From a virus (lineage: Duplodnaviria; Heunggongvirae; Uroviricota; Caudoviricetes), in IMG/VR virus record IMGVR_UViG_3300010882_000009: a stretch of DNA of 16,489 bases, one strand, 5' to 3'. The notes beneath the pieces are model-generated. The model was not told the DNA's origin, searched no databases, and saw only the letters and a list, made by a program, of their open reading frames with translations. Below are positions 1-7,582 of this stretch, in pieces. Both the position numbers and the translations under genes were made by a program. The stretch's first letter is position 1. Each line of letters opens with the position of its first letter.

Positions 1-130
<130 letters not shown>

Positions 131-217
131 CAAACCAATTAGCCAATATACAGCCTACGGCAGACCACAATACAAGATAATAATTATTTTATAATTAAAA
201 AATTATTTTAAAATCTA

Positions 218-383
218 AGGGCACAAACGTAGTTATCGTTTACAATATAGTTATAGAGATAATACGGGATACAGCAATTAATACAATTATAGATATAGAT
301 ATAGATATAGATAACAAAAAATATTTTATTAATTAGGGCACAAACGTAGTTATCAATTACAATATAGTTATAGAGATAAAACG
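218..383 (+). repeat. 49-bp direct repeat pair (218-266, 335-383) with (ATAGAT)x4 between them
   Basis: AGGGCACAAACGTAGTTATC(GT/AA)TTACAATATAGTTATAGAGATAA(T/A)ACG occurs twice, 117 bp apart, with 3 mismatches. Confidence 0.92.
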
Positions 384-473
384 CAATCACCTATATGTTT
401 TATTATCAAGTATACCGTACCGTTTGGCGAAACGATATAAACCGCCACATTATATATTTATTTAGGAGGCAAA

Positions 474-549
474 GGTTATAGTAACGGTATATGATTGTGA
501 AATATATACAATTATATACTGCATTACTATAGCCAATGGAGTTTATAAT
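474..549 (+). promoter_or_regulatory. long RNA stem-loop followed by ATGGAGTTTATAAT (divergent family A member)
   Basis: GGTTATAGTAA-CGGTATATGATTGT pairs with ACAATTATATACTG-ca-TTACTATAGCC using G-U pairs; 3' motif shared with 4012, 4673 and 6937. Confidence 0.65.
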
Positions 550-585
550 AAAATTACAATATTAAACTATAAAGGAGGGTTTTAA

Positions 586-951
586 ATGGCAAAGGGGAAA
601 CATGTTATAAAACTAGGTTTGGTTGAAGGCAGACACGAAATGCCTGTATCATCCTATGTATTTAACGAAATATCCGCCGACATTACTGATATTGCAACTC
701 TTAACAATTTAGCATATGACAATATAATGAATATAGGCGGATGGGATGCAAATGATACAGAGTTATGGATTGGGTCTACGTTCGCAGCCGAAGGGTATGC
801 ACCTCACGAGTGCATATTGCACCTATATGTATTTGAATTAACGTATGTAGTAATAGCAGTATTAAACGCTTGTAGGGCACTGTGGTTAGATGTAATACTC
901 TATCATTATGATAGGGATACAGACAGTTATTATCCGCAACAGGTGTTATAG
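586..951 (+). CDS. hypothetical phage protein, paralogue of 2655-3017; possible CARF/SAVED-like fold
   Basis: RBS AAGGAGG; high similarity to 2655-3017 (KHVIKLGxVEGRHEMPVS...YAPHECILHLYV...DTDSYYxQQVL). Confidence 0.85.
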   Translation: MAKGKHVIKLGLVEGRHEMPVSSYVFNEISADITDIATLNNLAYDNIMNIGGWDANDTELWIGSTFAAEGYAPHECILHLYVFELTYVVIAVLNACRALWLDVILYHYDRDTDSYYPQQVL

Positions 952-988
952 GTGTTATAATCAAAATGCGTTAGATTTAATTAAAGTA

Positions 989-1060
989 TAATTTACGTAT
1001 TTGAGCCGTATAGCAATTTCTGGTTTTAGAAATTGCTATACGGTTTTATTGTGTAAATTA
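989..1060 (+). promoter_or_regulatory. long RNA stem-loop (family B), duplicated at 3052-3140
   Basis: CCGTATAGCAATTTC/GAAATTGCTATACGG inner stem; outer AATTTACGTA/TGTGTAAATT with G-U pairs; may also act as a terminator. Confidence 0.75.
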
Positions 1061-1068
1061 TTATCGGA

Positions 1069-1109
1069 GCGTGACAACGGGTTGACCACCATCACGTAAA
1101 AATTGGTCA
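1069..1109 (+). promoter_or_regulatory. candidate pseudoknot in the 5' leader abutting the RBS
   Basis: GCGTGA(1069)/TCACGT(1092) stem; loop TGACCA(1083) complementary to TGGTCA(1104) directly before GGAGG. Confidence 0.5.
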
Positions 1110-1121
1110 GGAGGTGCTATT

Positions 1122-2012
1122 ATGGCACAATTAAAAGATAAGAGTTTCTATACTAACAAATGTACAGAATTAGGGATTGAGATTCCGGCTGGCGCAACAA
1201 TTCAGGTAATGAAAGAATTGATCATCAAATTTGAAGCTGAAAACGTTGACGACGCTGGAACGGTTGAAGCGTTAAAAGCAAAAGTCAAAGGATTAGTTGA
1301 TGGCTATAATCAACTAATCACTGATGAAAAAATGAATGAGCTGACAAAAGCCCAAGTAGGCATTGCTGAGCAGCTTAAGAAATTGAATGAGGCTGAGAAA
1401 AAAGCCCAGATTCATGGGTGGTTGGCGCAAGAAAACCCGCTTATTGCCTGCTTAGATAGCCCTGAAAAAGGCGGCGCTAATGGCACATACATTTTTACTG
1501 CTGTGAAATATGATCCAGCATTAAAAACGGGAAGCATTGCTGCAACCGCTCCATTGGTGGATATTATGGACATAGCAAAGGTGCGCCCCGGTGTATTCGC
1601 CCAAAGTACATGGGCGATGAAGACTGACTATCTGAACGCGGGTCTTAGGGATAGCAGTATAGTTAATATGAAAATAGCATCCGAAAGAGTAGGGAAAAAA
1701 CTTGCCAGCTTTGGAGCCGGAAAAGTAGAAAAAGATGAGTACAAGCGCGAGTTGGGCGTATTATTGGATGAGCTTAATTTCCTTCAAAATGGCTTTGGAG
1801 GTGTTACTATCGCGCTTCAAACGGTTGTTGATCACATTATAGAAGGGTTTAAAGTGCGTGAAGAAGATGCGATTACGTTGGCGCTGAATTACTCTCAATG
1901 GAGTGGGAAGAATGCCCGCGAAACATCGTTAGCGACGGAATCAAAATTCCGTAAGCAGTTATGTAATGTATTGACGGCTGTTGTACAAAATGCAGGATAT
2001 ACTGCCGTATAA
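1122..2012 (+). CDS. hypothetical protein, 296 aa, helical/coiled-coil N-terminal half
   Basis: Long ORF with strong RBS GGAGGTG; no family recognised. Confidence 0.9.
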   Translation: MAQLKDKSFYTNKCTELGIEIPAGATIQVMKELIIKFEAENVDDAGTVEALKAKVKGLVDGYNQLITDEKMNELTKAQVGIAEQLKKLNEAEKKAQIHGWLAQENPLIACLDSPEKGGANGTYIFTAVKYDPALKTGSIAATAPLVDIMDIAKVRPGVFAQSTWAMKTDYLNAGLRDSSIVNMKIASERVGKKLASFGAGKVEKDEYKRELGVLLDELNFLQNGFGGVTIALQTVVDHIIEGFKVREEDAITLALNYSQWSGKNARETSLATESKFRKQLCNVLTAVVQNAGYTAV

Positions 2013-2040
2013 ATATAGCATGGTAATATCCTCCTGATTT

Positions 2041-2480
2041 GCCGATTGAAAAGACTGTCAAGTGCATGTGGAATATGCGCATGTATTTGGCGGTCTATTT
2101 GAGTTGGTTAGTCTACAATATTTTCAATATTAATCAATCTCAGGCTAGATAGGTTAGTCATTGGTTAATCTAGTTAGCAAATTAGCAAATTGAATATAGC
2201 AGCCCGTTGCTAGGGGCTTGAGTAATACTAGTGGGGACATTGACCGCCATTTGGTGCAAGTCAATGAATACGGTGTCTGACGTGGGTGCTGGAGCGATCC
2301 GAGTTGCTTAGAATTATATTCTTATACTCGATGCCGATTTGTGAACATGCCGAATCGAAGATAGATGATAATCCGTCTGGATTGCTTATGGCTTGCTTGC
2401 CGGATTTCAGATATAAATGCGGTCTGCTAATTATAATTGATATTTATTATGATTATCAGACCGCTTATTTAGTGGAATCT
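2041..2480 (+). ncRNA. candidate structured non-coding RNA region
   Basis: Relatively GC-rich intergenic region with several stems; AGACTGTCAAGTGCATGTG/CGCATGTATTTGGCGGTCT pairs fully only with G-U; T-loop-like GGTGCAAGTC. Confidence 0.45.
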
Positions 2481-2561
2481 AAGAATTGAATATAAGTATT
2501 TATGTATTGAAATATTTTATACATTTCTTAGTACATTAAATAAGCGGCTATTTGCAACAAC

Positions 2562-2635
2562 AATAGTATATTTACTGAGCCGATATTTGCGTTTTATAGT
2601 ATGATGCGAATATCGGCTTGACTAAATTTATTATT
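2562..2635 (+). promoter_or_regulatory. long RNA stem-loop (family B-like) before the RBS of 2655
   Basis: GAGCCGATATTTGCGT/ATGCGAATATCGGCTT with G-U pairs; TGAGCCG shared with the 989 and 3052 hairpins. Confidence 0.65.
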
Positions 2636-2654
2636 CTAAAAGGAGGATTTTAAA

Positions 2655-3017
2655 ATGGAAAAGGCAAAACATGTTATAAAACTAGGTGTGGTTGAAGGTA
2701 GACACGAAATGCCTGTATCTTGCTATGTATACAACAAAATAATAGACGTTACTGATATAGACGAGTTATACGAAAGGGCACATAACAATATAATCTATAT
2801 TGGTGGATGGCATACATTAAACGCCAGAATATGGGTTGGTGCGACTGCGACATGTGACGGGTATGCCCCTCATGAGTGTATATTGCACCTGTATGTATCC
2901 GGGTTAACAGTAGCATTAATAGCAGTTATTAATGCTTGTAAAACGCTAGGGTTAGAGGTTGTTCTCTATCATTATAGCAAGGATACAGACAGCTATTATT
3001 CGCAACAGGTGTTATAA
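2655..3017 (+). CDS. hypothetical phage protein, paralogue of 586-951; possible CARF/SAVED-like fold
   Basis: RBS AAGGAGG; C-terminus LHLYVSGLTVALIAVINAC...VVLYHYSKDTDSYY. Confidence 0.88.
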   Translation: MEKAKHVIKLGVVEGRHEMPVSCYVYNKIIDVTDIDELYERAHNNIIYIGGWHTLNARIWVGATATCDGYAPHECILHLYVSGLTVALIAVINACKTLGLEVVLYHYSKDTDSYYSQQVL

Positions 3018-3051
3018 TCAAAATGAGTTAGATTCAATTCTAAGTATAATT

Positions 3052-3140
3052 ATAATTTACGTATTTGAGCCGTATGGCAATTTCTAAATTTTAATTTTTA
3101 AATTTTGGAAAATGCTATACGGTTTTATTGTGTAAATTAT
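3052..3140 (+). promoter_or_regulatory. long RNA stem-loop (family B), copy of 989-1060
   Basis: Same stems, different loop; one A-U pair becomes G-U and one pair becomes a mismatch. Confidence 0.75.
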
Positions 3141-3166
3141 TATAAAAAATAAAAGGAGAATGAATC

Positions 3167-3484
3167 ATGTTAGGTAAAAACCCAGAATTAAAAAATGCAT
3201 ACACTCCATTAGAGGTTGCATATTATGAGTTTTGCGACGCTACTACTGCAGTATCTATTTTGCGTCAAAAGATTTCTACAGAAAGCCGAAAGCTTATAAA
3301 GCGCAAAACGCCAAAAGCAAAAGACAATTGCCGAGCTAGGATAGATTCGCTCAATAGAGAATTGAAATTTGCTATAAATCGTGTATATATAGCAGATTGT
3401 AATCTTGCGTATGTTGATAAAGAAAATCAAAGCCCCGTGGCTAAATTATCATTAAATAGCACTGATTATAAAATTGCTGTTTAA
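3167..3484 (+). CDS. hypothetical protein, basic and helical
   Basis: RBS AAGGAG, 105-aa ORF. Confidence 0.8.
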   Translation: MLGKNPELKNAYTPLEVAYYEFCDATTAVSILRQKISTESRKLIKRKTPKAKDNCRARIDSLNRELKFAINRVYIADCNLAYVDKENQSPVAKLSLNSTDYKIAV

Positions 3485-3508
3485 TGTAAGACTTAATGCG
3501 CTATATAT

Positions 3509-3567
3509 TTGTACATTGCTTAATTGTATGAGATTTTAAAATCTCATACAATTTGTGTAGTTTACAA
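3509..3567 (+). promoter_or_regulatory. family A stem-loop containing a perfect 32-bp palindrome (3522-3553)
   Basis: TTGTA-CATTGC-[AATTGTATGAGATTTTAAAATCTCATACAATT]-TGTGTAGTT-TACAA. Confidence 0.75.
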
Positions 3568-3713
3568 GTTAGGATATTTATTACCAACAAAAAGTATTAC
3601 AATTGTATATTCGCTAATATGTAAAAATCTGTGTGTTGTTTATTTGTATTGTATATTGTATATTGTTATTGTTATTGTTGTTAGTTTGATTGTTATTATG
3701 ATTGGAGGTATTT

Positions 3714-3920
3714 ATGAAAATAGAAAGACGCGACATAATACTTGATATACTTAACATTATATTTGATAATAACAAGTCCGCAGTATATACTGCGTTTGGA
3801 CTTATAATGACAAATGACGCATTGTTTAATCTGGTTACAAACAATGAATTTGAAGATGACAATATAGCTTTTGCCGTTGTATTTAAAACTATATTTTTAG
3901 AATTCATGAATGCCAATTAA
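3714..3920 (+). CDS. hypothetical protein
   Basis: GGAGG RBS places the start at ATG 3714 rather than 3702. Confidence 0.7.
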   Translation: MKIERRDIILDILNIIFDNNKSAVYTAFGLIMTNDALFNLVTNNEFEDDNIAFAVVFKTIFLEFMNAN

Positions 3921-3923
3921 TTC

Positions 3924-4026
3924 AATTGCATATTGCTAAGATAGTTATATTTTTAAATATTATAAACAAAATATTGAATTATGTTTTTTATTTAAACAAT
4001 ATAACTATAATATGGAGTTTGCAATT
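3924..4026 (+). promoter_or_regulatory. family A stem-loop
   Basis: AATTGCA-TATTGC-[ATAGTTATATT...AATATAACTAT]-ATGGAGTT-TGCAATT. Confidence 0.75.
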
Positions 4027-4062
4027 ATTTTAAAATTTAAAAATATTAAAGGGGGAAATAAA

Positions 4063-4584
4063 ATGAGTTACAAAAATTGCGAAGTGATCATTATTGATCG
4101 CTGTAAGTATTGGCTTATGCCATTTGAGGTATACGTCGAAGGACAAAAATATTATAGTACGCATGAACAAATGTCGTACACTTTAAAAACAATTGACGGA
4201 AGCAATGAAATTATTGAAATAATGTGGGAAGACGGGAAAATTGAAACAGCGTCAGAGATATATATATACGACACCGAATTTGAGCTTATTCCGTTTGTAG
4301 ATAGTATCAGCGGGGAAATTACTGACGATGAATTTTTATCTGAAGGGTATATAACAGCAAAAGATAATATAATTGAATGCCGCAGCATAGGTATGTTTCG
4401 CGAATTGCAGTTAGCGTTATTATGCCATTATATAATCGGAGTGCGTGATAATGTTCATGATAAAAATCCAGTTGAAGAATTGCGGAAAAAAGTTTGGATA
4501 TTCCGCAATGTTCCTGCTGTTCGGAAAGTGGTAAATGAATATATAAAAAAAATAAGGGATGCAAAAAAGTGCAAAGCATCATGA
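4063..4584 (+). CDS. hypothetical protein
   Basis: RBS AGGGGG before ATG 4063; the upstream ATG 4012 lies inside the hairpin motif. Confidence 0.85.
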   Translation: MSYKNCEVIIIDRCKYWLMPFEVYVEGQKYYSTHEQMSYTLKTIDGSNEIIEIMWEDGKIETASEIYIYDTEFELIPFVDSISGEITDDEFLSEGYITAKDNIIECRSIGMFRELQLALLCHYIIGVRDNVHDKNPVEELRKKVWIFRNVPAVRKVVNEYIKKIRDAKKCKAS

Positions 4585-4614
4585 TTTTGCAATTGCTTTG
4601 TAATATGAATGCGC

Positions 4615-4687
4615 AATTATAAATTGCTATGCTAGACTATATTGCTAATAAAAATGTAGTATTGTCTAGCACATGGAGTTTGTAATT
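4615..4687 (+). promoter_or_regulatory. family A stem-loop
   Basis: AATTATA-AATTGC-[TGCTAGAC...GTCTAGCA]-CATGGAGTT-TGTAATT. Confidence 0.75.
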
Positions 4688-4726
4688 AAAATTAACATAA
4701 AATAAAAATAAAAAGGGGCTGAAAAC

Positions 4727-5113
4727 ATGAGTGAAACATCTTTTATTGCTATGAGTATGAAAGTAAAAATGATTATTGATATTAATAATAATCCGCAAAT
4801 TGAACTTATTGACATGTTCAATTGTAAATATGTTGCAAGCCTATACTATGTTGGCGGGATTAAGTTTAAATACAAATCAGACGAATATGATTTTGGTGGA
4901 ATTTTCGAAAGCATAGCAAATATAGTAGACGATATAACTATTAATTTACTTATTGATAATGGAATTAGCATTGCTGTAGATAAAACTGAATATCAAAAGC
5001 GTCATGGTGTTTACTGTGATGATGTACAGCGATTTGCAAATTTACTGAATGGAGCATCTGTGTCACAATATAGTAAGCAATACGAGTTATATACTAAATT
5101 GACTGGAGCGTGA
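4727..5113 (+). CDS. hypothetical protein
   Basis: RBS AAGGGG, 128-aa ORF. Confidence 0.82.
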   Translation: MSETSFIAMSMKVKMIIDINNNPQIELIDMFNCKYVASLYYVGGIKFKYKSDEYDFGGIFESIANIVDDITINLLIDNGISIAVDKTEYQKRHGVYCDDVQRFANLLNGASVSQYSKQYELYTKLTGA

Positions 5114-5117
5114 TATA

Positions 5118-5216
5118 ATGTTTGAAGACCGGATAGTAATATTTTTAATTTTAGTTATTGCTGCAATGGTTGTATGTAACTTCTTGCATAAATGCATATG
5201 CTCATGTATGTTATGA
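5118..5216 (+). CDS. small membrane peptide (32 aa, MFEDRIVIFLILVIAAMVVCNFLHKCICSCML)
   Basis: GGAG upstream; starts 4 nt after the previous stop; hydrophobic segment; below the ORF-track cut-off. Confidence 0.5.
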   Translation: MFEDRIVIFLILVIAAMVVCNFLHKCICSCML

Positions 5217-5257
5217 ATGTACTAAAAATTGATTTTAAATAAAAATCATAGGAAGGT

Positions 5258-5455
5258 GTGAGTTTGTTGTCATTGTATTTATTGTCCAAAATTGAACGCA
5301 ACGAAATAATGTTTTATATTGCAATAATAATTGCAATGATTATGTTTGCATTGATTCTGTCTGCGTGCAGCTTACAGCATATAAGAGAATCATATGATAA
5401 GCCATGTACTCTTAGGTGCATGGCGTGTACTGAAATATATTCTGGAAAGCGATAA
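5258..5455 (+). CDS. small membrane protein (start uncertain)
   Basis: Hydrophobic stretch MFYIAIIIAMIMFALILSA; AGGAAGG upstream. Confidence 0.55.
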   Translation: MSLLSLYLLSKIERNEIMFYIAIIIAMIMFALILSACSLQHIRESYDKPCTLRCMACTEIYSGKR

Positions 5456-5463
5456 TTATATTT

Positions 5464-5496
5464 TACACCACATTATACATATAATAATGTGGTGTA
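5464..5496. terminator. perfect 13-bp stem hairpin (terminator or processing site)
   Basis: TACACCACATTAT-acatata-ATAATGTGGTGTA just after the stop; no clear U-tract. Confidence 0.45.
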
Positions 5497-5687
5497 TTAA
5501 ATATTAAAATATTATATGAAAGGATTGATTAAAATGAAGCGGCATTAAGCCGCATTAAGCCGCATAAAATCAAATAATATACCTGATAAAAACCGAAAAG
5601 CTATTCATACGCATTATATGTAATTATATGTGCATATTATATCGCTGATTAAGTTATCAATTTAAAAAACTATATTATTATGGAAGG

Positions 5688-5972
5688 ATGTGTTTTGTTA
5701 TTTTACTACTTACAAGTGATGAAATTAGACAGATTGAGAAGGAGATTAGAGATCTATCTATTAGAATTAACAAAAAGATTCGTATGCGTAAATGTGCGGA
5801 TACAGAATTAGAAAAGCGTCGTATATTACAAGAAAGGCTTGCTATTGCAGTAGAATCTGAATTAGAGATTACATGTGGGGAGATTGGATATGCTGGAGTT
5901 GTGCGTACAAGCTACAGAAAGCCAAAAGCAGGAAAACGAAAAACAAATAAATACGGTTACAAAGCAGGGTAG
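5688..5972 (+). CDS. hypothetical basic coiled-coil protein (start uncertain)
   Basis: 94-aa ORF, Lys/Arg-rich C-terminus. Confidence 0.72.
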   Translation: MCFVILLLTSDEIRQIEKEIRDLSIRINKKIRMRKCADTELEKRRILQERLAIAVESELEITCGEIGYAGVVRTSYRKPKAGKRKTNKYGYKAG

Positions 5973-6034
5973 AGTTATGAAATGCTGAATATAAAACGAA
6001 AGGTGGCAAGCGAGTAATTGATTAAAATAAAATC

Positions 6035-6095
6035 ATAATTGTCATTCGCTACTTTTACAATACATTTACTGTTTTAGTTTGCGGATGACAATTGT
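6035..6095 (+). promoter_or_regulatory. RNA hairpin overlapping the 5' P1 strand of the ribozyme
   Basis: ATAATTGTCATTCGC/GCGGATGACAATTGT, 15 bp including G-U. Confidence 0.6.
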
Positions 6096-6178
6096 TGTTT
6101 AATGTAGCCTTTAGGCTGTGTTGATATATAGCCTAAAGCCCGATTCCCAAGCCGGGGCAGATACAGAGGGGACAACAA
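6092..6178 (+). ncRNA. twister ribozyme, type P1 with P3 stem; predicted cleavage between U6100 and A6101
   Basis: P1 TTGTTGTT/GACAACAA; UAA; P2 TGTA/TACA; GC pseudoknot; P3 CTTTAGGCTG/TAGCCTAAAG; P4 CCCG/CGGG with loop ending TCCCAAGC; 3' GA-GGG pairs with loop CCC. Confidence 0.85.
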
Positions 6179-6204
6179 ATAATGATTATATTGAGGTGAT
6201 TATT

Positions 6205-6387
6205 ATGTTTTCTAAGTCTGAATTATTAGTTTGCTTTTGGTGTTTTATAATATCTTTATTCATTATTAGCGGTGCGATATTGCTAAATACAAAATATTAT
6301 GATAAACTAGACGATATTGTAGAAACCCATGTTCGTTGTGGATATGACGGGTATGTACTGATGCATAATCGTAATTGTCACAAATAA
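6205..6387 (+). CDS. small membrane protein
   Basis: RBS GAGGTG before ATG 6205; N-terminal TM-like segment; the longer 6118 start lies inside the ribozyme. Confidence 0.7.
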   Translation: MFSKSELLVCFWCFIISLFIISGAILLNTKYYDKLDDIVETHVRCGYDGYVLMHNRNCHK

Positions 6388-6390
6388 ATG

Positions 6391-6418
6391 TCTTAATAGA
6401 ACTTGTATTCTATTAAAA
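6391..6418 (+). repeat. dif-like junction site 1
   Basis: TCTTAATAGAA-CTTGTA-TTCTATTAAAA. Confidence 0.85.
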
Positions 6419-6443
6419 TATTAATATAAAGGAGTGGTAAGCA

Positions 6444-6674
6444 GTGGAAGAAACAATGAAAGATTGTGGCATGTATTGTTTAATTGAATCAGGATATAAT
6501 TATGGAAATATTCCTGCACATTTGGTTGAAAGACTACGCAATTGCAAAGAATGTTATTGTAAAGAATGTACTAATACATATGACAATTGTATTTGCGATT
6601 ATTGTATACATTGTGGCAATATAAGTAGGGAATGTTATTGCGATATGGAAAATGTATTAAAAGGAGATGTTTGA
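6444..6674 (+). CDS. Cys-rich small protein (putative Zn-binding)
   Basis: RBS AAGGAG; multiple CxxC motifs. Confidence 0.75.
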   Translation: MEETMKDCGMYCLIESGYNYGNIPAHLVERLRNCKECYCKECTNTYDNCICDYCIHCGNISRECYCDMENVLKGDV

Positions 6675-6675
6675 T

Positions 6676-6876
6676 ATGAGATTTAGTATTGGTGATAGGG
6701 CAGCAATAATTCAGTTAGAAAGTGGTAAAACATACGGAGTAGCAGTTGCAACAAAATCCATGGCTGAGCTTAGCCAACGTCAACAGCCTGCAACAATAAG
6801 CAATACACACTATGACAAAGGTTTGTATGAAGTAAATGAGTCTGAGTTCTTTTTTAGCGACGAAATGTTTGTGTAG
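6676..6876 (+). CDS. hypothetical small protein
   Basis: AAGGAG at 6661 fits ATG 6676; begins MRFSIGDR, a pattern common in small phage beta-barrel proteins. Confidence 0.65.
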   Translation: MRFSIGDRAAIIQLESGKTYGVAVATKSMAELSQRQQPATISNTHYDKGLYEVNESEFFFSDEMFV

Positions 6877-6881
6877 CAATA

Positions 6882-6956
6882 ATTATAATTGTATATTGCA
6901 AGATGTGGCTATGATAACAATATTTATAGCCACATAATGGAGTTTATAATTATAAT
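6882..6956 (+). promoter_or_regulatory. family A stem-loop
   Basis: ATTATAATTGTA-TATTGC-[ATGTGGCTAT...ATAGCCACAT]-AATGGAGTT-TATAATTATAAT. Confidence 0.78.
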
Positions 6957-6971
6957 AAGGAGTGTTTTAAT

Positions 6972-7271
6972 ATGCGTAAATTACAGTCAGTAATTTTAGA
7001 AAAAGGAATTGAAAATGTGAGGATTCAATTCATTGGTAATGCAAGCTTCACAGAAACAGTTGATGCAATATGCCGTTTAGAAGCATATCCTGGTAGCGAG
7101 GATTTTACTGCCGTGTATATACACAAAATAACTGTGATAGAAGTTAAAAAAACAATGACAAAAATACTTTGGGTTCCAATTAATAATAGCAAAAATTTTT
7201 ACATGTCAGATTTAGAGGCAATGATTAATGCCGGATATGTTGTGATTATGAGCAATGATGATTTATTGTAG
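6972..7271 (+). CDS. hypothetical protein
   Basis: RBS AAGGAG, 99 aa. Confidence 0.82.
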   Translation: MRKLQSVILEKGIENVRIQFIGNASFTETVDAICRLEAYPGSEDFTAVYIHKITVIEVKKTMTKILWVPINNSKNFYMSDLEAMINAGYVVIMSNDDLL

Positions 7272-7330
7272 TGCTGTTTAGTACGGCGCTATAGCATATT
7301 GAATAAAAATTAAGTGTTTGGAGGCTAAAA

Positions 7331-7582
7331 ATGTTTGATGAAAAATTATGGTATATTAAGTGTGAAAAAAGTTTTGCTCCATACTATTTAAGATACACTG
7401 ATGACAAACAAGTATACAGTGGATTTATAGTTAAGAGCGGCGAAATAATGCACGTAAATGATAAAATGCTCGTACATGATAAAATGTATGATATGTGGGA
7501 AATATCTTATCCTAATGGCAGACTATTTTATACACAGCTTTGCCAATTGAAAGAATGCTGTATTACACTCAATCAGTACTAA
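7331..7582 (+). CDS. hypothetical protein
   Basis: RBS GGAGG, 83 aa. Confidence 0.8.
   Translation: MFDEKLWYIKCEKSFAPYYLRYTDDKQVYSGFIVKSGEIMHVNDKMLVHDKMYDMWEISYPNGRLFYTQLCQLKECCITLNQY

Noticed and set aside
218..383. Mini CRISPR array
   Set aside because: Only two repeats, a 68-bp low-complexity spacer and no cas genes
415..475. Pistol or hammerhead ribozyme near CGTTTGGCGAAACG...CGCCA
   Set aside because: A small hairpin and possible pseudoknot exist, but there is no CUGANGA core and the pistol P1 and conserved elements cannot be completed
2236..2300. Twister-sister ribozyme call based on GGTGCAAGTC
   Set aside because: The flanking GCAAGG and GCUCA elements were not found; kept only as part of the generic ncRNA candidate
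2286..2489. 67-aa + strand ORF
   Set aside because: GTG start without a convincing RBS; it overlaps strong RNA stems, which explain the region better
3524..3745. 73-aa hydrophobic ORF
   Set aside because: It starts inside the palindrome and is produced by a TTG/TTA low-complexity tract; it overlaps the better-supported 3714 gene
5534..5570. ATG-AAG-CGG-CAT-TAA minigene with a GCATTAAGCC tandem duplication
   Set aside because: Too short, with a weak RBS; probably a local slippage duplication
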